In this document: positions 1 to 14,200 of the stretch, in pieces
Position numbering within the stretch: the stretch's first letter is position 1
Layout of the letters: each line of letters opens with the position of its first letter
NCBI GenBank assembly: GCA_964016885.1
Contig: OZ024758.1
Location: 1,798,001-1,862,000 of the forward strand
DNA length: 64,000 nucleotides
Direction of reading: 5' to 3'
Source: Eledone cirrhosa
Lineage: Eukaryota
The notes under the pieces: model-generated
The model's database searches: none
Told to the model about the DNA's origin: nothing
The model's input: the letters and a program-made list of their open reading frames with translations, nothing else
Program-made: the position numbers and the translations under genes

Positions 1-664
1 ATTTTATTTAATATTTAAAGCTTATTAGTCTATATATCTTGTTTGTTATTATGTTAGTAATGTAATCTTCCTGTATAACTAGAGTTGTCTATTTCCAGTG
101 ATACATTTCACTTTTACTATGAACAGCAATAGATGTCTATTTCATTTGTTGAATATATGTAAGGGTGTGTACATATGTGTAGTGTGTGTGTATATGTATG
201 TATATATATGTGTGTGTGTATGTATATATATAGAAAAGGTAAAGGAGAAAAGAGTGTTCTATGTATAGTACAGAGCTATTTAATTATATAATAAACACAA
301 TATAATTATTCCATTACCAAAGGTTTCAGGAGACTAGACGATCCTTACAGAAACGTCCAATTATATATAAACATTTGTTGACTGCCGTTGTTAGACTATT
401 TTGAGTGTGTGCTGCTCTTCTGCTACTACAGAAGTCAAGGGACTGGTGATGATGATGATATATATATATATATGATTTAGTGTCACATTTGATCACAGTT
501 ACAATCTGTAGGTATGATCAATATGGGTTGTGAAAACTTAGGTAGAGCTCTTGTTTCGTACGAACATAATATAATATAATCAGCTCTCTCACCTGATTGA
601 GCACTGTTTCCTGTTTCACATCCACCGTTGTTTACTACTACATACACTACAAAACACACTAACG

Positions 665-730
<66 letters not shown>

Positions 731-1009
731 CGTGCGTGTATCTTATTATCCCAACAGTATTTTTACCCCTTTTATCCATTTTTATTATTTTTTTTTTTTT
801 TTTAAATTTAACATTACTAATCTGAAACACAAATATGAACTGTCTTTCCACAGGTCTGCTGAGATATACAGACAAACACAGATATACACATACACATACT
901 CACGCACATTAAACACATACACATTAAACACACATACACACACACACACTGAAAACGAGAAGATCGATGTCATCCTTCATCAATAAGCTATTTAAACATA
1001 CTTGTTGTT

Positions 1010-1335
1010 TACACGAGTTTCCGATTTTATATTAGTTAAATTTAATTTTATATTATTTAAATTTAATTTTTTATTAGTTAATTAGTTAAATTTAATTTTC
1101 TATTAGTTAATTATTTAAATTTAATTTTCTATCAGTTAATTAGTTAAATTTAATTTTCTACTAGTTAATTAGTTAAATTTAATTTTATATTAGTTACATT
1201 TAATTTTATATTAGTTAAATTTCATTATATATTAATTAAATTTAATTTTATATTAGTTACATCTAATTTTCTATTAGCTAAATTTAATTATATATTAATT
1301 AAATTTAATTTTCTATTAGTTAAATATAATTTGTA
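1010..1335. repeat. AT-rich minisatellite (ttagttaaatttaattttata-like unit)
   Basis: Direct inspection. Confidence 0.85.
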
Positions 1336-1569
1336 AGGCAAGTGTTGTTTTAGAAAGAATATTCCACAGAGATCAGTCTATGGTCAGTTTGTTTATTCCA
1401 ATGTTTCTATACTAAACAAATCGAACCAGAATTGTAAACGATTTTTAAATACTCACACATACAATTACTGGTATTATCTTATCATTAACATCAACAACAT
1501 CTTCGTTTTATCTTTATCCTAATAGTGGTATTAACCATTTAAAACTCACACAAACATACACATATTTAT

Positions 1570-1609
<40 letters not shown>

Positions 1610-2339
1610 TTATACACACTCACACACGTATATATATATTTATACACACACACACATAGATTTCCGAGTTGTGTCAGGGGGTAACCAGTTAAAAAAAGGT
1701 ACTCAATACATTGGTATAGACATCTTTGTTATATATATTGTCATATTTTGAGAGGGTCTTGTTTCAACACACGTTTTCAGATAAGAAATCTTGCAAAACA
1801 AATTCAAAAACGTATATATATATATATAATGACATCTACAAAACTAGAACTGCTTTATTCGTATGATTTCATACAAATGAAACAGTTCTAGTCCTGTAGA
1901 AGTAATTTCTATCTATACACACACACACACACACACACACAGTCTGGGTGAACTCATTCACTGGTATATTCGGTTATGTTATTCTAGTTTGACAACGATG
2001 AATATTAAGTCTGTGTTGATTCGTCATACGTTTATGGTAACCTGGTCATCGATATTGGTGAGGGTGAAAGAGTGAAGGCTGAGCTTAAATTAATGGAAGA
2101 ATAAAATAGACCATATTTAACACATCGACTTTTTGAACTGCCTATTCCCCCAAACAAACAAAACACCCACCTGACATTTAACATACAATAGAAGATATCT
2201 ATGGTGAAGTTACTAATGTGCACCAAAAGATTATTCTTTATAAGAGTTATGATCAAAATAAATAAAGCTATGCTGAATATGTTGGTAGTGTGCTACTCGT
2301 TCGTAAATTGTGAGTAAAACTGTTCTGATAAACATAACT

Positions 2340-2430
2340 ACCTCGCAAACAGCGATTAGGATACCTGGCCATACAGGTATTAGAGGAAATAGGAGAGCAG
2401 ACGAATTAGCAAAAGAGGGAACACAAGGGG
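2340..2430 (+). mobile_element. LINE RNase H fragment
   Basis: IPGHTGIRGNRRADELAKEG matches the RNase H motif W(I/V)PGHxGIxGNExADxLAK of non-LTR elements. Confidence 0.7.
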
Positions 2431-2440
2431 GAAATAATAT

Positions 2441-2600
2441 GGTTTCTATTTTAGGCACAAGGCTAGCAATTTTGGAGGAAGGGAAAGTCAATTAAATCGA
2501 CCCAGTGCGTTATAGGTGCTTCATTTTATCGACCCCGTACGGATGAAAGGTAAAGCTAACATAGGCGGGATTTGAACCCACAGCGTAAAGGGCCATAACT
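2441..2600 (-). mobile_element. tRNA-derived SINE family 1 copy (about 20 full or partial copies in window, e.g. 4497-4630, 8592-8820, 9020-9210, 12460-12790, 19870-20180, 26660-26790, 33380-33480, 36190-36332, 39980-40115, 41255-41365, 54823-54965)
   Basis: Shared B box gagttcaaatccc, core ctttgcctttcatccttacggggtcgataaaataaagtacc and tail gctggccttgtgcctaaagtagaaac; core resembles the Meta/MESC SINE domain as recalled (not verified). Confidence 0.8.
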
Positions 2601-2970
2601 CTATACTGCCAATAGATATAGACTACATCCTAAATCTTTCGCAGGTAAAATCATTTAGCACCCATATAATTAATCAAACGTGGGAACAATTTTGGGAAGA
2701 ATCCAGAGATAAGCTCATATATTTCAATCTTCAAATTTCTCAACCAGATTTGACAACATTCAAAACTTATCAATCATTGAGTAATACAAATAAAAAAGAC
2801 TATGCTGACTTCGAACTGGACAAATATCTTTGAACTACATTCTATCAAGAACAGATCGTAGAGATTCACCTCTATGTTCTTGTGGTGACTCTCCAAAAAC
2901 TTTTTGGTACTATTTGTTCCAATGTAGAAGCTATGAGTCTGAGAGAGGGAGGCCATGTTGAAACTAATGT

Positions 2971-3188
2971 TTAACCCTTTACCATTTACATTATTCTCTA
3001 TATATATTATTTCATTTTCATGGTAAACACTTTATCTCATGTAATATTGAATCAATGAGATTTTGATATTATTCATTTTGAGAACAATACCTTACCATCA
3101 GTATGAGTAGCTGGTTACAACTGGTTTGAACAGAAAAAGGTGAGAGAATTCTGGCCAGATATGGCCGGTTTAATTGCTAAAGGGTTAA
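2971..3188. mobile_element. piggyBac-type MITE (TTAA-CCCTTT...AAAGGG-TTAA); other copies 5353-5633, 11636-11861, 16971-17187, 35325-35485
   Basis: TTAA on both flanks, short terminal inverted repeats, shared internal sequence (ggccagaattctctca, atattatgtgagata). Confidence 0.75.
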
Positions 3189-4126
3189 AAAACTACCAAC
3201 ATTGGAAGTTCAATATTTGATTACAGGTCTACCAAATATAAACAAAATCTTTGAGTATATGGAAGTTAGGAAGATTCAACAAGAGAAACTTCTGTTTTAC
3301 AGCTTCCATTGTTTCCTATTTTCCCCCCTTTTCATTTTCTAAGGCATAATCTGCCTCTCATTGGCCTCCTTCAATATTTGACATTTTTATTGTATTTCAA
3401 CCCCCCCCCCCCTTTTAATTATTTTTTTTTTGTATTACTTGTCTGATTTGCTCTTTTTGATAACTAACTGTAGGGAGTACTTGATAACTCGCTCTGTCTG
3501 AGTGGTGTCTCAAGGAGAGAGGGTGAGCCAGACATAACACCCCTGTCTGAGTGGTGCTTCAGGGAGAGAAGGTTAGGCCAGACACAACACCCCTGTCCAA
3601 GGGGCCAGACACAACACCCTTGTCTGAGTGGTTCCTCAACCAAGCTCTTCAGTTTTGTAACATAGTGGTAAACTCCTAGTGACACAAATTCACAATTTTA
3701 TTTTGTGAATGTAGGACAATAAGATAACCTTGTTAGTCTCTCCATATCTCTTGCCTTTTGTGTCATTTCTATTAAAAGAAAACTGAATTTTTTTTAAATT
3801 CCAATTCTACATGTTATAATACCAATTCCACATTAAAAAAAAATATCAAACCTACATGTTTTTTTAAATTCAAATCCGTTTTTAAAATTCCAATTCTACA
3901 TTTTTAAAATTCCAATCCTACATGTTTTTAAAATTCCAATCCTACATGTTTTTAAAATTCCAATCCTATAGTATATATATTTCTGATTTGTGTATCTTAA
4001 TGACATTTATGATAATCATATTAGTGTGTATCTATATGCGTGTGTGTGTATCTGTGTTTGTGTATGTATGTGTGTCAGTCAATAAATCACATTGTAGTAA
4101 TACCTTTATTACTAGTGTGTATATGT

Positions 4127-4400
4127 GGAGGTGTGTAGCCTAGTGGTAAGGGTGTTGGACCAAAACGTTGTGGATTTAATTCCTGGACTGGGTTGAGTGT
4201 TATGTTCTTGAGCAAAACATTTCATGCTGCTCCAGTATACTCAGCTGAAAATGAGTACCAGCAGCAGCTGAGGGTTTAACCCTGCAATGAATTGGCATCC
4301 TATTCAGGGGGAATTCTTGTACTCTCACTTGCTTCACACCAGTGAAACCAGAATAATCACTGGCCTGATGAACCTCCGAGCTCGAGACAGACTTTAGACT
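4127..4400 (+). mobile_element. tRNA-derived SINE family 2 (CORE-like) copy; others 6512-6680(+), 6690-6795(-), 43350-43635(-), 52430-52600(+), 59261-59390(+)
   Basis: tRNA-like head gtagcctagtggtaagg and core gttcttgagcaagacactttatttcacgttgctccag. Confidence 0.7.
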
Positions 4401-7398
4401 TGTGTATATAAAATGAGTCGGTTCCCATTGAGAATTGAAGCCAGTTTGTGGGCAATTTGTTCAGAGCATTTACTTGTCATGATAGAATATAATTATGTTT
4501 ACTTTAGGCACAAGGCCAACAATTTGAATGGAAGGCAAAGTTAATTAAATCGAGCCCAGTGCGTTACTGGTACTTTATTTTATCGACCCCGTAAGGATGA
4601 AAGGCAAAGCTAACCTCGGCGGGATTTGAGGTTAGCTTTGCAATATTTGCATAGTCTACTACTTAGAACAAAGATGGTTGGCCTGATAGTGTAGTGAACA
4701 GTCAGCAAAGCAGTTAACCTGTATATATCCTGACTCTGGCATAGCATTGCATCTATGTGCAATGCACTTAACTTTCAAACATCTCCGAATACCTATCTGT
4801 AAATATATACACGCTAAAAGCAACTCATTGCTGTAAACATCAGCAGTACTATAATCAATAAATGTTGTTATTTAACCTCAATGTCGGCTCTCATTGCGCA
4901 GATCTATGACCAAAGGTACTCCAGTGGTGATTAGCCAGTTTTTTAAATGATATTTAAGGCTATATATTATCCAATGTGTCATCTTATTTCAAGATGGGTG
5001 TTATTTGAGAGAGATGTTGGCTGTTATTTCTAGCTAGTCAATCAAACACATAGAGCCCCGACTGGTTTGCTCGTGCTTCTGTGTTAGCTTATTAAATGTT
5101 TTAGTTTCTACAGTGGCTGAAATGGGGTTCCTTGGAGGGTCTTTAGAGTAAAGCTATTCAATAGTGCACAGCTCTGTGATCAATGTCCTTGATGATTGCA
5201 GATTAATAGATTAACATTAGTCTATTAATAGACCACCAAAATAATTTGTTTATGTCTGTTGTACTTCTTTAAATTGGATTTTGATACAGATTGAACTGTG
5301 AAATTTATTGTTCATCATCATTATTGTTGTCATTTATGATGGCTGGATATGATTAACCTGTTAACATTTAAACTGGCTATATCTGGCCAGAATTCTCTCA
5401 CTTCTTTCTGTTGAAACTGCCGTAACTTGCTACTCATGCTGATGTTAAGGTATTGTTCTCAAAATATATAACATCAAATCTCATAGATTCAATATTATGT
5501 GAGATAATTATGTGAGGTAAATATAGAGTAATGTAAATGTTATGTGAGATATTATGTAAGATTATGTAAGATAAAGCCTTTACCATGAAAATACAATAGT
5601 ATATATAGAGTAATGTAATTGCTAAAGGGTTAACAGTTTGTAATTAGATTTTGATACAGATTGAACTGGGAAATTTCTTCTTCTTCATTGTTTTTGCTGG
5701 CTGGATGTGATTAAGTAAGACCTCCAGAGATTTGACGTCATCTTGGTGGATGCAGAGGGGCTAGGATGGTACCAGCAGCAATGGAGGGCACTGGTGCTCC
5801 TGATCAGTTCTATGCACGATGATGCCTCTGGGGTTGCTGACATAGTATGACCTCAGTCCCATCACGCAAGAAGATAATTATCATCGTCGTCATTTTTACA
5901 TCTGTAGACCCCCGAGCAAGATGGTTGGATAACATCCATGAGCTTGGCTAGGGTCTCACTTGGGGATCCAGCCAAATCAGTTGGAAATGGTTGCTTCTGA
6001 CAGGACCTGTTGAAAGGAGTGTTTGAGGACTCTGCCCTTACAACCCTCTCAGGAATACGTGGACAGGGAAGAAGAATAACAGTTTTGTATCATAAAACCA
6101 GGTGTGGTTTCAGATAGGTATCGAAAAGGTTAAGGTTTGGTGATAAACTTATTATAACATATCCAGCACTTGTAGCCCGTTGTGAGTTATAGAGCCATAA
6201 CTCCTGAAGGAGTTGAAGGGTCATTGCATTGGATCTCAGCATTTCAAGGACATTAAAACCTGGCGGAGCCCATTTCCTCTCCAGGTCTGAACACAACAGA
6301 TTTCTCCCAGAGAAGGAGAGTGAGAGAGAGAGGAATTGAGAGATATAGAGGAAGAATGGTACTTTTTTTTTATCGACCTCAAAAGGATGAAAAGCAAAGT
6401 TGACCTCAATGGGATTTGAATTCATTAAGCAGAGAGGCAAAACGAAGCATTCTGAGGTTTTAATGACTTTGCCAATTCCTCACTTGTTTTACAATTCTTT
6501 ACTTACAAGTGAAGGACCATGGCTTAGTGGTCAGTGTCGGGCTCACAATCGCGAGGTTGTGAGTTCAATTCTTGGATCGGGCTTTGCGTTGTGTTCTTAA
6601 GCAAGACACTTTATTTCATGTTGCTCCAGTTCACTCAGCTGTAGAAATGAGTTGTGACATCACTGGAGCCAAGCTTTCCATTGCAGCAACTTGAAATAAA
6701 GTGTCTTGCTCAAGGACACAACTTGCTGCCAGGAATCAAACTCACAACCTTACGATTGTGAGTCCAATACCCTAACCACAAGGCCACACACCTTCACATA
6801 TGTAGTTTGAAAGCATCATATATTTATTTGAGAATGTTGGGAAGCCACTGCTTTAATACTACATCTAGGTTCAAAAGATCAAATTAATTTCTTCTCCTCT
6901 TAAGTAGTTTCATGTCAAGAACAGAAATCAATACTTGTTAGCCATATTTTCTTTTATCTATAAAATCTATAATGTTTAATATCGTAGCTTTGAATTAAAT
7001 CCAACAGTTGTACATTTATTTAGATCTCTATCAAACAAATGATACTAAACCTAAAATATACTTGGATGATTAAAACATAGGTCAAGAATTTGACTGCTCA
7101 AAACATCTGCTTTGATGTAATAGCCTTGTTATTTTATGATGTCTGACTAAGAAATAGAAATAACTTTTGTATGGTTTACTGATAATAGGAATTTTTTAGT
7201 AGCTGATTATTAGTATTATCTGAAATAGTAAAATGGTATGACTAAGATTAGTGAGAGATTTGAACTAAATGTTCTGTAGTATCTTAAATTTGGTGGATCA
7301 CTGTATTGGGTTCAAATCCTACATGTATCAAGTTTGCTGCCTTTCCTGTCTATCTATATATAAATTTGAGCGACTTCCATCCGTCTGTCTGCCACAAG

Positions 7399-7448
<50 letters not shown>

Positions 7449-8817
7449 GAAAGCAATGGGATGGTGAAAAAAATCTATAGCAAAACAGCAGCTGGTGTTC
7501 CATTTGCTACGCTGTATGTGAGTGTATGTCTGTGAGTGTATATTTTTGTAAGTATGTCTGTTTGTGTGTTTATATTTATATACTCATACATATAAATGTA
7601 TGCACACACACACGCATAAGCATATCTATCTTACATATCAATGAGATTTCATCATCATATTAACATCTACTTTCCCTGCTAGCAAGGGTAGGATGGGTCC
7701 ACATAGACCAAGTCAGTACTGAAGTAGGGGCTACTGATCTTCCAGACAAGGGGTCTGTTGTCTCGCTTATGTATGGCCTCACGTTCTACAGGATGTACGG
7801 GAGAGGCTATCATGTCTTTGACACAACTGAGAGTCCTCCCAACTCTTTGTTTGGCAAGCTTTCTATGGCAATTACCCCAGTGTATTACTGGTATTATATT
7901 TTATTGACCCCGTAAGGATGAAAGGCAAAGTTAACCTCCGCGGTATTTGAAATTAATTGTTTCTACTTTTGGCATAAGGCCAGCAATTATCCCAGTGTAT
8001 TACTGGTACTTTATTTTATCGACCCAGCAGTATTTGAAATTAATTGTTTCTACTTTAGGCACAAGGCCAGCAATTGCCAACTAATTAGCCACACGGTTAT
8101 AGTTCTTCAAGTATAGACAGGTCTACTTAGATCAAGTCAGTAGTGAAGTAATAAAGGGTTAAAATATTGAAAGAAAATAGTGTATTTTTTCAATTTAGTT
8201 TGAAAGATGTAACTACATCTGTTAGTATCAGATTACTATGGCTGTTGAGAACAGAAAGCCAGACCAAATACTGTAAAAGATTCTGACTTTCTAAAAACTC
8301 TGCCAATACTTAGGTTATTAGTCTAAATAGTGTCACATAGTAGAACAATAAAAAAGACATTTCTATATTGTTTGTTGTATTTTGTATAGTAAGAATTGGA
8401 CAGGAAAATAATTGTTAGAGTTTCTGACCTTTGATACAGACACAATATTTATTTATTTATGTATTGCTTGTACAGCAAATGGATTCACCATTGGGTACAT
8501 TATTTATTTTAATAGTGAAATGTTCTTCTCTCTTGACTGACTGACAACCTATTTTCAAAAGAAATTATATTAGTTTCAGTATTATAATAAGCCGGTGAAT
8601 TGGCAGTTGTTAAGATGTCGGGAGGAATGTTTTACGGTATTCGTCTCACCACTTTGTGTGCTCTTAGTTCAAATCCAGCCGAGGTTAACTTTGCCTTTCA
8701 TCCTTTCAAGGTCGATAAGAAAAGTACCAGTCCAATACTGGGGTCGATTCTTCCTCCACAGAAAAAATCAGCTGTGTTCAGACCTGGAGATGGATGGACT
8801 CCGCCAGGTTTAAATGT

Positions 8818-8990
8818 TCCCTAGACACAGCGTATGACTGTACCTCCCTAGACACAGCGTATGACTGTACCTACCTAGACACAGCGTATGACTGTACCTC
8901 CCTAGACGCAGTACCTCCCTAGACACAGTACCTCCCTAGACACAGTACCTCCCTAGACACAGTACCTCCCTAGACACAGCGTATGACTGA
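8818..8990. repeat. Tandem repeat, 27-bp and 16-bp units (cctagacacagcgtatgactgtacctc)
   Basis: Direct inspection. Confidence 0.85.
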
Positions 8991-9910
8991 TCCCAGCTGG
9001 GAAAGTGGACTTAAAATAATAGATTTCTACTATAGGCACAAGGCCAGCAATTTTGGGGAGGGGAAAGTCGATTAAATTGACCTCGGTACATTACTGGTAC
9101 TTTATTTTATCGACCCCCGTAAGGATGAAAGGCAAAGCTAACCTCGGTGCAATTTGAACTCAAACCGCAAAGCATGTTGTCCAACCCTCTACCAATACTG
9201 TCACTCCACCGCAGTAGATATATAATTAATACTGTCTGACCCACCCCAATGTGGAAGGTGGACATATAATGAGGATGTGTTGTCTTCTATCCAGAAAATA
9301 ATTGCCATAATAAATTATGTATTGGTAGCGTATTTTGTTGTTTAATATATTACGATTTTTCTGTTTCATACAACACAAATTAGGCTTTGTAAATAGTTGC
9401 GAGGAAGGAGCCCTGTGAGGTGGTATGGCTGGTGTAGTGGGTGTTGCTGGCCATTGTCTGCAGCAATGTCTTTGTTATTTTGTCAGCAGGGTGTAGCTGT
9501 AACATCACTGACTTTGGTGTAGAATCTGTCACACTCACCCCTTACGCCTTACCAATACTACCAAGCTACCATCATTAATAAATTGTTTCTACTTTTGGCA
9601 CAAGGCCAGCAATTTGAAGGGAAGGGGAAAGTCGATTAAATTGACCCCAGTGCATTACTGGGGTACTTTATCATCAATAAATAATAAAGAATAGGATTAT
9701 TACCAGGATAACAATAATAATTGTTTCTACTTTTGGCACAAGGCCAGCAATTGCCTAGTGTATTACTGGTAATATTTGGGGAGGGTCATATTGTTATAAT
9801 ATTGCCAGAAATATATAAAACACACTCACTGTTAGATTTGGGTTGGTTTTCACTTCAGTATATTTTATATCTCTATATAGTTAATTTAGCTGGCAATGTT
9901 TATCATTGTT

Positions 9911-9947
<37 letters not shown>

Positions 9948-10243
9948 AAAAAAGATGAAATCAAAAATGCAACTAATCTTTTTAAGAATATTTATTTGTT
10001 TCCTTTACCAGTTTCACAGTTCTTATGCTTTTCAAAAGTAGAATTGAGATGGAGGGTTTGTGGTTTTTCTCGCATCTATATATTTCTTGTGGCTTTTTTC
10101 ATATATATATATATAGTCTCTGAGTTCTTTTATCACACACTTGTGACATCATCAGTGATACTATTATGTTTCCTCCTGTTGTATTCTAATGTTTACTTAT
10201 TCTATTTTATTTATAATAAAGGTTATGTTTTTAATTATTTCAG

Positions 10244-10318
10244 ATTATACGAGAACAATACTCAGAGGATCCTGCACTCTACAATAAAGCCTGCAATGAT
10301 TTGGAACATATGCGACAG
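10244..10318 (+). CDS. PTPN23: PTPN23 exon (Bro1): IIREQYSEDPALYNKACNDLEHMRQ
   Basis: tttcag acceptor, gtatgt donor, 75 nt phase 0/0; aligns to HD-PTP N-terminal Bro1 segment. Confidence 0.88.
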
Positions 10319-11230
10319 GTATGTGCTGCACAATTTATCAAAGGTCATCTTAATCAGGTGTTTATGTTAGCGTTTCTGATTCATCAAATTATTTTTTTTT
10401 TTTTCCTGAAGTTTAAAATTTTTTTTTTTATTAAGGTTTTATTTATTTTTCTACTGAAGGTTTTTTAATTTTTTTTTACTGAATCTAAAATAAATTTTTT
10501 TTTTATTTAAGGTTTTTATTTTTTTCACTGAATTTAAAAAAAAAATCTTTTTTTTTTTTTACTGAAGTTTTTTATTTTTTTTTTAAGGTTTTTATATTTT
10601 TTTACTGAAGGTTTTTTAATTTATTTTTTGTTTAGTTTGCTAAAGTGATTTATTTTTCTGTCACTTCCTCCTTTCCTTTCTTCCCACTAGTTACCATTGA
10701 TTATATAAGTCTGTTGTGTGTTAATGTCCTATTAGATCATATTGCTGCACTTACTGCTGAGTACATATTGCTGCTGTTGCTGTTAACAGCTACTGCTGCT
10801 GTTGTTACAGCTACTACTACCACTACTATTACCACCACTACTACTACTAACACCACCACCACTATTACCACCACTATTACCACCACTACTACCACCTCTA
10901 TTACCACCACTACCACCTACTACCACTTCTACTACCACTTCTACTACCACCACTACCACTTCTACTACCACCACTACCACTTCTACTACCACCACTACCA
11001 CTTCTACTACCACCACCACCACTACCACTACTACTACTACTAACACCACCACTACTACCACCACTACTACTACTAACACCACCACTACTAACACCACCAC
11101 TACTACCACCACTACTACTACTAACACCACCACTACTACTACCACCACTACTACTACCACCACTACTACTACTACTAACACCACCACTAATACCACCACT
11201 ACCACCACCACCACCACTACCACCACCACC

Positions 11231-11274
<44 letters not shown>

Positions 11275-14200
11275 CGCTACTACTACGACTACCACCACTA
11301 CTACTACTACTAACACCACCACTACTACCACCCCCATCACCACCATCACTACTACTACTACCACCACCACCACTACTACCACCACAACCACTACCACCAC
11401 CACAACCACTACCACCACAACCACCACCACTTGTGTACTTACTATATCACAAACTATACCCCCCCCCCCATTGCTGGCCTTGTGCCTAAATCAGAAACCA
11501 TTATTATTAGGTAGCAAATGTTGGCAGAAAAAGGGTAAAAACAGATTTCAATTCTCTTTAAGTCAGTTCACTTCATTTCTGCTGCTAATACTTTTAAAAC
11601 CCCTGAACAACCCTTGCTGGCAGGGGAATTGGTTGTTAACCCTTTAGAATTGGAACCAGCCAGATTCAGCCAGAATTCTTTCAACTCTTTCTGATCAAAC
11701 CAGCTGTAACTGGCTGCTCATACTCCTGTTAAGGTATTGTCCTCAAAATAAATATTAAAATCTCATCGATTCGATATTATGTGAGATAATTATGTGAGAT
11801 AAAGTGTTTACCATGAAAATACAATAGTATATATAAAGTAATGTAACTGTTAAAGGGTTAAATGATGATGATGACCGAAACACACCCACTTGTAGTCATA
11901 TGCCAAATTGGGATATTATAATTACAAACAACAGACATTGAGTTAATAGAAAAGTAGAGTCGGGCTAAATGCCTTGTATGTAATTCCATTCCTTTACATT
12001 CTAAAGTCAAATTCTGCTCTAGTCTACTTGTGAAAAATTTATAAATACCAATAATATTCTGTAGTTGGTTCTAGTAACTGTAGTTGGTTCTAGTAACTGT
12101 AGTTGGTTCTAGTAACTGTAGTTGGTTCTAGTAACTGTAGTTGGTTCTAGTAACTGTAGTTGGTTCTAGTAACTGTGGTTGGTTCTAGTAACTGTATCGT
12201 TCTTTCCTATATAATACCACAATTGGTGTTATTGCTAACCTAAGTACAGTGTTGTATTTTAAGAGGAAAACATCTGGCAAACTAAGTCTGAAGTAAAATT
12301 TCAATCCCTTGAATTGTTACTATTTTATTTTCACTTCTTATAAATTACAAGGCCTTTATCTTTAACCCAAAGAGACCCTATTTCAGAGAGTACTGTATAT
12401 ACTATAAGGCTTTTATCTTTAACCCAAAGAGACCCTGTAACAGACAGCTCTGTATGTATGGACCTGTAACTTCCAAGGGGGTTGTAGTGGCATCATATTG
12501 ACATACAGCATTTCTAGGGCATTTTTAAATATTTGCAGAGCCCATTTCCTCTCCAGGTCTGAACTCAGCAGATTTCTTCCAGAGAAGGATAGAGAGAGTG
12601 AGAATGGAAATGAGAAAGAGATATAGAGGAAGAATCAACCCCAGTACTTGACTGGTACTTTTTTTATCAACCTTGAATAGATGAAAGGCAAAGTTGACCT
12701 CGGCAGGATTTTAACTCGGAGAGCAGAAAACTGAAACAAATACCACAAAGGATTCTATTTGATGTTCTAATGACTCTGCCAATTTACCATCTACAGAGAA
12801 CATTGGATCAGTGTAAGTTACAGGGAAATTGACCATTAGTTTCATGATGGGAGGAAATTATTCAGAGATGCCATCTACACAAAAAATACTCAAGTTAGTG
12901 TCGTCATATTTGATGTGGTGAGGAAAACAAGTCTAATTAATTAATGCTTATATAGTGAAATGAAAACATAAGCTCATTGACTAATGTTGTTTTAATCTGG
13001 TTTTGGCAATGACAGGCAACAAATCCAGACATGCCTTCATCTAACTTTCTCTCTACTTGCCAAATTATTGATAAGAGAATCACTACAATGATGTGCAATA
13101 CTTTATATGGACAGGGGTAAAATATTGTCATAATGACTCACATAACTTATCCCCACTGTCTCGGTGGCCCTGAAAACAGAACCGATCATGTGCACATTTG
13201 ACTAAGCAGTAAAAAACAGCATCAGCACATCCTATGGTCTACTTAATGTCTGGTCTATATCTGGTCTACATCTGGTCTTCTTCTGGTCTACATCTGATCT
13301 TCTTCTGGTCTACATCTGATCTTCTTCTGGTCTACATCTGATCTTCTTCTGGTCTACATCTGGCCTACATCTGGTCTTCATCTGGTCTACTTCTGGTTTA
13401 CACCTGGTCTACATCTGGAGACAGGACCTGCTGGAAGATGTGTTTAAGAACTCTGCCCCCATGACCCTCTCAGAAATAAATGGGTTTTGTTGATGTAAAT
13501 TTGGATCCTTACTTCAGAATTTTAAAGTTAAGTTTCTTAAATTTCAGGTTGCTGTTAGTGTTCCTCGGGATTTCACTGGCTGCAGTACACTAAAAAGATA
13601 TTATGCACAGCTTCAGTTTTTACAAAGTCGATTTAAACTTGGCCAAGACGATGAGGATGCTATACCTTTCACCTGGTAAATATTGTCAACATTGTGTTGT
13701 TAGTGTTGTGTTGTCGATGTTGTGTTGTCGATGTTGTGATGCCGATGTTGTGTTGTTAGTGTTGTGTTGTCAATGCTGTGTTGTTAGTGTTGTAGTGTCA
13801 ATGACGTTTTGTCAACAGCATGTTGTCAACATTGTGTTGTGTCAATGATGTTAACAGCACAACGTTGACACTACAACAATTTTACAAGACATCATTAATA
13901 ACATTGACCACAACATTGGATATATCTTTGACATAAAATACCATTGACACAACACAATGATGTTTTGTGTCAATGGTGTGGTCAACATTGTGTTGTAAAA
14001 TTGTTGTAGTGTCAATGATAGGGAGGATGTTATGGTATAGTCCTGTAATTTGTGAGGGAGTCATAGGGGCACCATATTGGCCTACGGTGTTTCTTGGGTA
14101 TTTTAAAGCTTGGCAGAACCCATCCCTTCTCCAGGTCTGAGTACAGTAGATTTCTTCAAGAGAAGAATAGAAAGTGAGAGAGAGGAAGTGAGAAAGAGAT

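Noticed and set aside
10645-11647. Poly-Thr / poly-Val ORFs resembling a mucin
   Set aside because: Pure ACT/ACC microsatellite in a PTPN23 intron, open on both strands, no splice support.
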